The notes below the pieces were generated by a model. That model did not search any database, had not been told where the DNA came from, and worked only from the letters and a program-made list of their open reading frames with translations. Made by a program: the position numbers and the translations under genes. Below, in pieces: positions 31,329 through 44,471 of a stretch of 64,000 bases of DNA (the stretch's first letter is position 1; each line of letters opens with the position of its first letter). Source of the stretch: Auanema rhodensis (Eukaryota > Animalia > Nematoda); assembly GCA_964057225.1 (NCBI GenBank), contig CAXKVF010000077.1, positions 1 to 64,000 of the forward strand, written 5' to 3'.

Positions 31329-34300
31329 GTGTACATTTAATTAGCATAAATTAAAGTTCACGTAAATTTCAAAGTCATGGTTACCATGAACCAATATCAA
31401 TAAAAATTTGTTTTTAGACTGATATGGACATGGGGAATCTAATTTTGAAAACCGTATCTCTTTATCTTTCACGTGAAGCGAGTTACATACCAAGTGCACA
31501 TCACGTGTACATTTAATTAGCATAAATTAAAGTTCACGTAAATTTCAAAGTCATGGTTACCATGAACCAATATCAATAAAAATTTGTTTTTAGACTGATA
31601 TGGACATGGGGAATCTAATTTTGAAAACCGTATCTCTTTATCTTTCACGTGAAGCGAGTTACATACCAAGTGCACATCACGTGTACATTTAATTAGCATA
31701 AATTAAAGTTCACGTAAATTTCAAAGTCATGGTTACCATGCACCAATATCAATAAAAATTTGTTTTTAGACTAATATGGACATGGGGAATCTAATTTTGA
31801 AAACCGCATCTCTTTATCTTTCACGTGAAGCGAGTTACATACCAAGTGCACATCACGTGTACATTTAATTAGCATAAATTAAAGTTCACGTAAATTTCAA
31901 AGTCATGGTTACCATGCACCAATATCAATAAAAATTTGTTTTTAGACTAATATGGACATGGGGAATCTAATTTTGAAAACCGCATCTCTTTATCTTTCAC
32001 GTGAAGCGAGTTACATACCAAGTGCACATCACGTGTACATTTAATTAGCATAAATTAAAGTTCACGTAAATTTCAAAGTCATGGTTACCATGAACCAATA
32101 TCAATAAAAATTTGTTTTTAGACTGATATGGACATGGGGAATCTAATTTTGAAAACCGTATCTCTTTATCTTTCACGTGAAGCGAGTTACATACCAAGTG
32201 CACATCACGTGTACATTTAATTAGCATAAATTAAAGTTCACGTAAATTTCAAAGTCATGGTTACCATGCACCAATATCAATAAAAATTTGTTTTTAGACT
32301 AATATGGACATGGGGAATCTAATTTTGAAAACCGCATCTCTTTATCTTTCACGTGAAGCGAGTTACATACCAAGTGCACATCACGTGTACATTTAATTAG
32401 CATAAATTAAAGTTCACGTAAATTTCAAAGTCATGGTTACCATGAACCAATATCAATAAAAATTTGTTTTTAGACTAATATGGACATGGGGAATCTAATT
32501 TTGAAAACCGCATCTCTTTATCTTTCACGTGAAGCGAGTTACATACCAAGTGCACATCACGTGTACATTTAATTAGCATAAATTAAAGTTCACGTAAATT
32601 TCAAAGTCATGGTTACCATGAACCAATATCAATAAAAATTTGTTTTTAGACTGATATGGACATGGGGAATCTAATTTTGAAAACCGTATCTCTTTATCTT
32701 TCACGTGAAGCGAGTTACATACCAAGTGCACATCACGTGTACATTTAATTAGCATAAATTAAAGTTCACGTAAATTTCAAAGTCATGGTTACCATGCACC
32801 AATATCAATAAAAATTTGTTTTTAGACTAATATGGACATGGGGAATCTAATTTTGAAAACCGCATCTCTTTATCTTTCACGTGAAGCGAGTTACATACCA
32901 AGTGCACATCACGTGTACATTTAATTAGCATAAATTAAAGTTCACGTAAATTTCAAAGTCATGGTTACCATGAACCAATATCAATAAAAATTTGTTTTTA
33001 GACTAATATGGACATGGGGAATCTAATTTTGAAAACCGCATCTCTTTATCTTTCACGTGAAGCGAGTTACATACCAAGTGCACATCACGTGTACATTTAA
33101 TTAGCATAAATTAAAGTTCACGTAAATTTCAAAGTCATGGTTACCATGAACCAATATCAATAAAAATTTGTTTTTAGACTGATATGGACATGGGGAATCT
33201 AATTTTGAAAACCGTATCTCTTTATCTTTCACGTGAAGCGAGTTACATACCAAGTGCACATCACGTGTACATTTAATTAGCATAAATTAAAGTTCACGTA
33301 AATTTCAAAGTCATGGTTACCATGCACCAATATCAATAAAAATTTGTTTTTAGACTAATATGGACATGGGGAATCTAATTTTGAAAACCGCATCTCTTTA
33401 TCTTTCACGTGAAGCGAGTTACATACCAAGTGCACATCACGTGTACATTTAATTAGCATAAATTAAAGTTCACGTAAATTTCAAAGTCATGGTTACCATG
33501 AACCAATATCAATAAAAATTTGTTTTTAGACTAATATGGACATGGGGAATCTAATTTTGAAAACCGCATCTCTTTATCTTTCACGTGAAGCGAGTTACAT
33601 ACCAAGTGCACATCACGTGTACATTTAATTAGCATAAATTAAAGTTCACGTAAATTTCAAAGTCATGGTTACCATGAACCAATATCAATAAAAATTTGTT
33701 TTTAGACTAATATGGACATGGGGAATCTAATTTTGAAAACCGTATCTCTTTATCTTTCACGTGAAGCGAGTTACATACCAAGTGCACATCACGTGTACAT
33801 TTAATTAGCATAAATTAAAGTTCACGTAAATTTCAAAGTCATGGTTACCATGAAGCAATATCAATAAAAATTTGTTTTTAGACTAATATGGACATGGGGA
33901 ATCTAATTTTGAAAACCGCATCTCTTTATCTTTCACGTGAAGCGAGTTACATACCAAGTGCACATCACGTGTACATTTAATTAGCATAAATTAAAGTTCA
34001 CGTAAATTTCAAAGTCATGGTTACCATGAACCAATATCAATAAAAATTTGTTTTTAGACTAATATGGACATGGGGAATCTAATTTTGAAAACCTCATCTC
34101 TTTATCTTTCACGTGAAGCGAGTTACATACCAAGTGCACATCACGTGTACATTTAATTAGCATAAATTAAAGTTCACGTAAATTTCAAAGTCATGGTTAC
34201 CATGCACCAATATCAATAAAAATTTGTTTTTAGACTAATATGGACATGGGGAATCTAATTTTGAAAACCGCATCTCTTTATCTTTCACGTGAAGCGAGTT

Positions 34301-37300
34301 ACATACCAAGTGCACATCACGTGTACATTTAATTAGCATAAATTAAAGTTCACGTAAATTTCAAAGTCATGGTTACCATGAACCAATATCAATAAAAATT
34401 TGTTTTTAGACTAATATGGACATGGGGAATCTAATTTTGAAAACCGCATCTCTTTATCTTTCACGTGAAGCGAGTTACATACCAAGTGCACATCACGTGT
34501 ACATTTAATTAGCATAAATTAAAGTTCACGTAAATTTCAAAGTCATGGTTACCATGAACCAATATCAATAAAAATTTGTTTTTAGACTAATATGGACATG
34601 GGGAATCTAATTTTGAAAACCGCATCTCTTTATCTTTCACGTGAAGCGAGTTACATACCAAGTGCACATCACGTGTACATTTAATTAGCATAAATTAAAG
34701 TTCACGTAAATTTCAAAGTCATGGTTACCATGCACCAATATCAATAAAAATTTGTTTTTAGACTAATATGGACATGGGGAATCTAATTTTGAAAACCGCA
34801 TCTCTTTATCTTTCACGTGAAGCGAGTTACATACCAAGTGCACATCACGTGTACATTTAATTAGCATAAATTAAAGTTCACGTAAATTTCAAAGTCATGG
34901 TTACCATGCACCAATATCAATAAAAATTTGTTTTTAGACTAATATGGACATGGGGAATCTAATTTTGAAAACCGCATCTCTTTATCTTTCACGTGAAGCG
35001 AGTTACATACCAAGTGCACATCACGTGTACATTTAATTAGCATAAATTAAAGTTCACGTAAATTTCAAAGTCATGGTTACCATGCACCAATATCAATAAA
35101 AATTTGTTTTTAGACTAATATGGACATGGGGAATCTAATTTTGAAAACCGCATCTCTTTATCTTTCACGTGAAGCGAGTTACATACAAAGTGCACATCAC
35201 GTGTACATTTAATTAGCATAAATTAAAGTTCACGTAAATTTCAAAGTCATGGTTACCATGCACCAATATCAATAAAAATTTGTTTTTAGACTAATATGGA
35301 CATGGGGAATCTAATTTTGAAAACCGCATCTCTTTATCTTTCACGTGAAGCGAGTTACATACCAAGTGCACATCACGTGTACATTTAATTAGCATAAATT
35401 AAAGTTCACGTAAATTTCAAAGTCATGGTTACCATGCACCAATATCAATAAAAATTTGTTTTTAGACTAATATGGACATGGGGAATCTAATTTTGAAAAC
35501 CGCATCTCTTTATCTTTCACGTGAAGCGAGTTACATACCAAGTGCACATCACGTGTACATTTAATTAGCATAAATTAAAGTTCACGTAAATTTCAAAGTC
35601 ATGGTTACCATGCACCAATATCAATAAAAATTTGTTTTTAGACTAATATGGACATGGGGAATCTAATTTTGAAAACCGCATCTCTTTATCTTTCACGTGA
35701 AGCGAGTTACATACCAAGTGCACATCACGTGTACATTTAATTAGCATAAATTAAAGTTCACGTAAATTTCAAAGTCATGGTTACCATGAACCAATATCAA
35801 TAAAAATTTGTTTTTAGACTAATATGGACATGGGGAATCTAATTTTGAAAACCGTATCTCTTTATCTTTCACGTGAAGCGAGTTACATACCAAGTGCACA
35901 TCACGTGTACATTTAATTAGCATAAATTAAAGTTCACGTAAATTTCAAAGTCATGGTTACCATGCACCAATATCAATAAAAATTTGTTTTTAGACTAATA
36001 TGGACATGGGGAATCTAATTTTGAAAACCGTATCTCTTTATCTTTCACGTGAAGCGAGTTACATACCAAGTGCACATCACGTGTACATTTAATTAGCATA
36101 AATTAAAGTTCACGTAAATTTCAAAGTCATGGTTACCATGAACCAATATCAATAAAAATTTGTTTTTAGACTAATATGGACATGGGGAATCTAATTTTGA
36201 AAACCGTATCTCTTTATCTTTCACGTGAAGCGAGTTACATACCAAGTGCACATCACGTGTACATTTAATTAGCATAAATTAAAGTTCACGTAAATTTCAA
36301 AGTCATGGTTACCATGCACCAATATCAATAAAAATTTGTTTTTAGACTAATATGGACATGGGGAATCTAATTTTGAAAACCGCATCTCTTTATCTTTCAC
36401 GTGAAGCGAGTTACATACCAAGTGCACATCACGTGTACATTTAATTAGCATAAATTAAAGTTCACGTAAATTTCAAAGTCATGGTTACCATCCACCAATA
36501 TCAATAAAATATTGTTTTTAGACTAATATGGACATGGGGAATCTAATTTTGAAAACCGCATCTCTTTATCTTTCACGTGAAGCGAGTTACATACCAAGTG
36601 CACATCACGTGTACATTTAATTAGCATAAATTAAAGTTCACGTAAATTTCAAAGTCATGGTTACCATGAACCAATATCAATAAAAATTTGTTTTTAGACT
36701 AATATGGACATGGGGAATCTAATTTTGAAAACCGCATCTCTTCATCTTTCACGTGAAGCGAGTTACATACCAAGTGCACATCAAGTGTACATTTAATTAG
36801 CATAAATTGAAATTCACGTAAATTTCAAAGTCATGGTTACCATGCACCAATATCAATAAAAATTTGTTTTTAGACTAATATGGACATGGGGAATCTAATT
36901 TTGAAAACCGCATCTCTTTATCTTTCACGTGAAGCGAGTTACATACCAAGTGCACATCACGTGTACATTTAATTAGCATAAATTAAAGTTCACGTAAATT
37001 TCAAAGTCATGGTTACCATGAACCAATATCAATAAAAATTTGTTTTTAGACTGATATGGACATGGGGAATCTAATTTTGAAAACCGTATCTCTTTATCTT
37101 TCACGTGAAGCGAGTTACATACCAAGTGCACATCACGTGTACATTTAATTAGCATAAATTAAAGTTCACGTAAATTTCAAAGTCATGGTTACCATGAACC
37201 AATATCAATAAAAATTTGTTTTTAGACTGATATGGACATGGGGAATCTAATTTTGAAAACCGTATCTCTTTATCTTTCACGTGAAGCGAGTTACATACCA

Positions 37301-40300
37301 AGTGCACATCACGTGTACATTTAATTAGCATAAATTAAAGTTCACGTAAATTTCAAAGTCATGGTTACCATGCACCAATATCAATAAAAATTTGTTTTTA
37401 GACTAATATGGACATGGGGAATCTAATTTTGAAAACCGCATCTCTTTATCTCTCACGTGAAGCGAGTTACATACCAAGTGCACATCACGTGTACATTTAA
37501 TTAGCATAAATTAAAGTTCACGTAAATTTCAAAGTCATGGTTACCATGAACCAATATCAATAAAAATTCGTTTTTAGACTAATATGGACATGGGGAATCT
37601 AATTTTAAAAACCGCATCTCTTTATCTTTCACGTGAAGCGAGTTACATACCAAGTGCACATCACGTGTACATTTAATTAGCATAAATTAAAGTTCACGTA
37701 AATTTCAAAGTCATGGTTACCATGAACCAATATCAATAAAAATTTGTTTTTAGACTAATATGGACATGGGGAATCTAATTTTGAAAACCGCATCTCTTTA
37801 TCTTTCACGTGAAGCGAGTTACATACCAAGTGCACATCACGTGTACATTTAATTAGCATAAATTAAAGTTCACGTAAATTTCAAAGTCATGGTTACCATG
37901 CACCAATATCAATAAAAATTTGTTTTTAGACTAATATGGACATGGGGAATCTAATTTTGAAAACCGCATCTCTTTATCTTTCACGTGAAGCGAGTTACAT
38001 ACCAAGTGCACATCACGTGTACATTTAATTAGCATAAATTAAAGTTCACGTAAATTTCAAAGTCATGGTTACCATGAACCAATATCAATAAAAATTTGTT
38101 TTTAGACTAATATGGACATGGGGAATCTAATTTTGAAAACCGCATCTCTTTATCTTTCACGTGAAGCGAGTTACATACCAAGTGCACATCACGTGTACAT
38201 TTAATTAGCATAAATTAAAGTTCACGTAAATTTCAAAGTCATGGTTACCATGAACCAATATCAATAAAAATTTGTTTTTAGACTGATATGGACATGGGGA
38301 ATCTAATTTTGAAAACCGTATCTCTTTATCTTTCACGTGAAGCGAGTTACATACCAAGTGCACATCACGTGTACATTTAATTAGCATAAATTAAAGTTCA
38401 CGTAAATTTCAAAGTCATGGTTACCATGCACCAATATCAATAAAAATTTGTTTTTAGACTAATATGGACATGGGGAATCTAATTTTGAAAACCGCATCTC
38501 TTTATCTTTCACGTGAAGCGAGTTACATACCAAGTGCACATCACGTGTACATTTAATTAGCATAAATTAAAGTTCACGTAAATTTCAAAGTCATGGTTAC
38601 CATGAACCAATATCAATAAAAATTTGTTTTTAGACTAATATGGACATGGGGAATCTAATTTTGAAAACCGCATCTCTTTATCTTTCACGTGAAGCGAGTT
38701 ACATACCAAGTGCACATCACGTGTACATTTAATTAGCATAAATTAAAGTTCACGTAAATTTCAAAGTCATGGTTACCATGAACCAATATCAATAAAAATT
38801 TGTTTTTAGACTGATATGGACATGGGGAATCTAATTTTGAAAACCGTATCTCTTTATCTTTCACGTGAAGCGAGTTACATACCAAGTGCACATCACGTGT
38901 ACATTTAATTAGCATAAATTAAAGTTCACGTAAATTTCAAAGTCATGGTTACCATGCACCAATATCAATAAAAATTTGTTTTTAGACTAATATGGACATG
39001 GGGAATCTAATTTTGAAAACCGCATCTCTTTATCTTTCACGTGAAGCGAGTTACATACCAAGTGCACATCACGTGTACATTTAATTAGCATAAATTAAAG
39101 TTCACGTAAATTTCAAAGTCATGGTTACCATGAACCAATATCAATAAAAATTTGTTTTTAGACTAATATGGACATGGGGAATCTAATTTTGAAAACCGCA
39201 TTTCTTTATCTTTCACGTGAAGCGAGTTACATACCAAGTGCACATCACGTGTACATTTAATTAGCATAAATTAAAGTTCACGTAAATTTCAAAGTCATGG
39301 TTACCATGAACCAATATCAATAAAAATTTGTTTTTAGACTAATATGGACATGGGGAATCTAATTTTGAAAACCGTATCTCTTTATCTTTCACGTGAAGCG
39401 AGTTACATACCAAGTGCACATCACGTGTACATTTAATTAGCATAAATTAAAGTTCACGTAAATTTCAAAGTCATGGTTACCATGAAGCAATATCAATAAA
39501 AATTTGTTTTTAGACTAATATGGACATGGGGAATCTAATTTTGAAAACCGCATCTCTTTATCTTTCACGTGAAGCGAGTTACATACCAAGTGCACATCAC
39601 GTGTACATTTAATTAGCATAAATTAAAGTTCACGTAAATTTCAAAGTCATGGTTACCATGAACCAATATCAATAAAAATTTGTTTTTAGACTAATATGGA
39701 CATGGGGAATCTAATTTTGAAAACCTCATCTCTTTATCTTTCACGTGAAGCGAGTTACATACCAAGTGCACATCACGTGTACATTTAATTAGCATAAATT
39801 AAAGTTCACGTAAATTTCAAAGTCATGGTTACCATGCACCAATATCAATAAAAATTTGTTTTTAGACTAATATGGACATGGGGAATCTAATTTTGAAAAC
39901 CGCATCTCTTTATCTTTCACGTGAAGCGAGTTACATACCAAGTGCACATCACGTGTACATTTAATTAGCATAAATTAAAGTTCACGTAAATTTCAAAGTC
40001 ATGGTTACCATGAACCAATATCAATAAAAATTTGTTTTTAGACTAATATGGACATGGGGAATCTAATTTTGAAAACCGCATCTCTTTATCTTTCACGTGA
40101 AGCGAGTTACATACCAAGTGCACATCACGTGTACATTTAATTAGCATAAATTAAAGTTCACGTAAATTTCAAAGTCATGGTTACCATGAACCAATATCAA
40201 TAAAAATTTGTTTTTAGACTAATATGGACATGGGGAATCTAATTTTGAAAACCGCATCTCTTTATCTTTCACGTGAAGCGAGTTACATACCAAGTGCACA

Positions 40301-41712
40301 TCACGTGTACATTTAATTAGCATAAATTAAAGTTCACGTAAATTTCAAAGTCATGGTTACCATGCACCAATATCAATAAAAATTTGTTTTTAGACTAATA
40401 TGGACATGGGGAATCTAATTTTGAAAACCGCATCTCTTTATCTTTCACGTGAAGCGAGTTACATACCAAGTGCACATCACGTGTACATTTAATTAGCATA
40501 AATTAAAGTTCACGTAAATTTCAAAGTCATGGTTACCATGCACCAATATCAATAAAAATTTGTTTTTAGACTAATATGGACATGGGGAATCTAATTTTGA
40601 AAACCGCATCTCTTTATCTTTCACGTGAAGCGAGTTACATACCAAGTGCACATCACGTGTACATTTAATTAGCATAAATTAAAGTTCACGTAAATTTCAA
40701 AGTCATGGTTACCATGCACCAATATCAATAAAAATTTGTTTTTAGACTAATATGGACATGGGGAATCTAATTTTGAAAACCGCATCTCTTTATCTTTCAC
40801 GTGAAGCGAGTTACATACCAAGTGCACATCACGTGTACATTTAATTAGCATAAATTAAAGTTCACGTAAATTTCAAAGTCATGGTTACCATGCACCAATA
40901 TCAATAAAAATTTGTTTTTAGACTAATATGGACATGGGGAATCTAATTTTGAAAACCGCATCTCTTTATCTTTCACGTGAAGCGAGTTACATACCAAGTG
41001 CACATCACGTGTACATTTAATTAGCATAAATTAAAGTTCACGTAAATTTCAAAGTCATGGTTACCATGAACCAATATCAATAAAAATTTGTTTTTAGACT
41101 AATATGGACATGGGGAATCTAATTTTGAAAACCGTATCTCTTTATCTTTCACGTGAAGCGAGTTACATACCAAGTGCACATCACGTGTACATTTAATTAG
41201 CATAAATTAAAGTTCACGTAAATTTCAAAGTCATGGTTACCATGCACCAATATCAATAAAAATTTGTTTTTAGACTAATATGGACATGGGGAATCTAATT
41301 TTGAAAACCGTATCTCTTTATCTTTCACGTGAAGCGAGTTACATACCAAGTGCACATCACGTGTACATTTAATTAGCATAAATTAAAGTTCACGTAAATT
41401 TCAAAGTCATGGTTACCATGAACCAATATCAATAAAAATTTGTTTTTAGACTAATATGGACATGGGGAATCTAATTTTGAAAACCGTATCTCTTTATCTT
41501 TCACGTGAAGCGAGTTACATACCAAGTGCACATCACGTGTACATTTAATTAGCATAAATTAAAGTTCACGTAAATTTCAAAGTCATGGTTACCATGCACC
41601 AATATCAATAAAAATTTGTTTTTAGACTAATATGGACATGGGGAATCTAATTTTGAAAACCGCATCTCTTTATCTTTCACGTGAAGCGAGTTACATACCA
41701 AGTGCACATCAC
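31329..41712 (+). repeat. ~32-mer (5632 bp) diverged duplication containing a 3-mer (528 bp) sub-HOR
   Basis: A93G/C127T monomers at 31341/36973, 31517/37149, 32573/38205, 33101/38733 and ACCTC at 34091/39723 are all +5632. The triple C127T run is offset by 5280. The 528-bp spacing is seen at 31517-33101. Boundaries approximate. Confidence 0.82.
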
Positions 41713-44458
41713 GTGTACATTTAATTAGCATAAATTAAAGTTCACGTAAATTTCAAAGTCATGGTTACCATGCACCAATATCAATAAAAATTTGTTTTTA
41801 GACTAATATGGACATGGGGAATCTAATTTTGAAAACCGCATCTCTTTATCTTTCACGTGAAGCGAGTTACATACCAAGTGCACATCACGTGTACATTTAA
41901 TTAGCATAAATTAAAGTTCACGTAAATTTCAAAGTCATGGTTACCATGAACCAATATCAATAAAAATTTGTTTTTAGACTAATATGGACATGGGGAATCT
42001 AATTTTGAAAACCGCATCTCTTTATCTTTCACGTGAAGCGAGTTACATACCAAGTGCACATCACGTGTACATTTAATTAGCATAAATTAAAGTTCACGTA
42101 AATTTCAAAGTCATGGTTACCATGAACCAATATCAATAAAAATTTGTTTTTAGACTAATATGGACATGGGGAATCTAATTTTGAAAACCGCATCTCTTTA
42201 TCTTTCACGTGAAGCGAGTTACATACCAAGTGCACATCACGTGTACATTTAATTAGCATAAATTAAAGTTCACGTAAATTTCAAAGTCATGGTTACCATG
42301 AACCAATATCAATAAAAATTTGTTTTTAGACTAATATGGACATGGGGAATCTAATTTTGAAAACCGCATCTCTTTATCTTTCACGTGAAGCGAGTTACAT
42401 ACCAAGTGCACATCACGTGTACATTTAATTAGCATAAATTAAAGTTCACGTAAATTTCAAAGTCATGGTTACCATGCACCAATATCAATAAAAATTTGTT
42501 TTTAGACTAATATGGACATGGGGAATCTAATTTTGAAAACTGCATCTCTTTATCTTTCACGTGAAGCGAGTTACATACCAAGTGCACATCACGTGTACAT
42601 TTAATTAGCATAAATTAAAGTTCACGTAAATTTCAAAGTCATGGTTACCATGCACCAATATCAATAAAAATTTGTTTTTAGACTAATATGGACATGGGGA
42701 ATCTAATTTTGAAAACCGCATCTCTTTATCTCTCACGTGAAGCGAGTTACATACCAAGTGCACATCACGTGTACATTTAATTAGCATAAATTAAAGTTCA
42801 CGTAAATTTCAAAGTCATGGTTACCATGAACCAATATCAATAAAAATTCGTTTTTAGACTAATATGGACATGGGGAATCTAATTTTAAAAACCGCATCTC
42901 TTTATCTTTCACGTGAAGCGAGTTACATACCAAGTGCACATCACGTGTACATTTAATTAGCATAAATTAAAGTTCACGTAAATTTCAAAGTCATGGTTAC
43001 CATGAAGCAATATCAATAAAAATTTGTTTTTAGACTAATATGGACATGGGGAATCTAATTTTGAAAACCGCATCTCTTTATCTTTCACGTGAAGCGAGTT
43101 ACATACCAAGTGCACATCACGTGTACATTTAATTAGCATAAATTAAAGTTCACGTAAATTTCAAAGTCATGGTTACCATGAACCAATATCAATAAAAATT
43201 TGTTTTTAGACTAATATGGACATGGGGAATCTAATTTTGAAAACCGCATCTCTTTATCTTTCACGTGAAGCGAGTTACATACCAAGTGCACATCACGTGT
43301 ACATTTAATTAGCATAAATTAAAGTTCACGTAAATTTCAAAGTCATGGTTACCATCCACCAATATCAATAAAATATTGTTTTTAGACTAATATGGACATG
43401 GGGAATCTAATTTTGAAAACCGCATCTCTTTATCTTTCACGTGAAGCGAGTTACATACCAAGTGCACATCACGTGTACATTTAATTAGCATAAATTAAAG
43501 TTCACGTAAATTTCAAAGTCATGGTTACCATGCACCAATATCAATAAAAATTTGTTTTTAGACTAATATGGACATGGCGAATCTAATTTTGAAAACCGCA
43601 TCTCTTCATCTTTCACGTGAAGCGAGTTACATACCAAGTGCACATCAAGTGTACATTTAATTAGCATAAATTGAAATTCACGTAAATTTCAAAGTCATGG
43701 TTACCATGCACCAATATCAATAAAAATTTGTTTTTAGACTAATATGGACATGGGGAATCTAATTTTGAAAACCGCATCTCTTTATCTTTCACGTGAAGCG
43801 AGTTACATACCAAGTGCACATCACGTGTACATTTAATTAGCATAAATTAAAGTTCACGTAAATTTCAAAGTCATGGTTACCATGAACCAATATCAATAAA
43901 AATTTGTTTTTAGACTAATATGGACATGGGGAATCTAATTTTGAAAACCGCATCTCTTTATCTTTCACGTGAAGCGAGTTACATACCAAGTGCACATCAC
44001 GTGTACATTTAATTAGCATAAATTAAAGTTCACGTAAATTTCAAAGTCATGGTTACCATGCACCAATATCAATAAAAATTTGTTTTTAGACTAATATGGA
44101 CATGGGGAATCTAATTTTGAAAACCGCATCTCTTTATCTTTCACGTGAAGCGAGTTACATACCAAGTGCACATCACGTGTACATTTAATTAGCATAAATT
44201 AAAGTTCACGTAAATTTCAAAGTCATGGTTACCATGAAGCAATATCAATAAAAATTTGTTTTTAGACTAATATGGACATGGGGAATCTAATTTTGAAAAC
44301 CGCATCTCTTTATCTCTCACGTGAAGCGAGTTACATACCAAGTGCACATCACGTGTACATTTAATTAGCATAAATTAAAGTTCACGTAAATTTCAAAGTC
44401 ATGGTTACCATGAACCAATATCAATAAAAATTTGTTTTTAGACTAATATGGACATGGG

Positions 44459-44470
44459 GAATCTAATTTT
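44459..44470 (+). other. Left copy of putative 12-bp target-site duplication GAATCTAATTTT (right copy 47431-47442; second set 49543-49554 / 52867-52878)
   Basis: The forward array stops at monomer position 118 and restarts at 107, so positions 107-118 occur on both sides of each inverted block. Confidence 0.6.
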
Positions 44471-44471
44471 A

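Larger units (their letters stand above)
1..44471 (+). repeat. Forward-orientation block 1 (~252.7 monomers)
   Basis: Unbroken 176-bp phase from position 1 up to ...GGGGAATCTAATTTT(A), monomer position 118/119. Confidence 0.97.

Noticed and set aside
30109-38915. Twelve 60-aa minus-strand ORFs (MLIKCTRDVH...)
   Set aside because: They arise wherever the satellite SNP A93G turns a minus-strand TAG into CAG. They are one monomer long with no recognisable domain or gene context.
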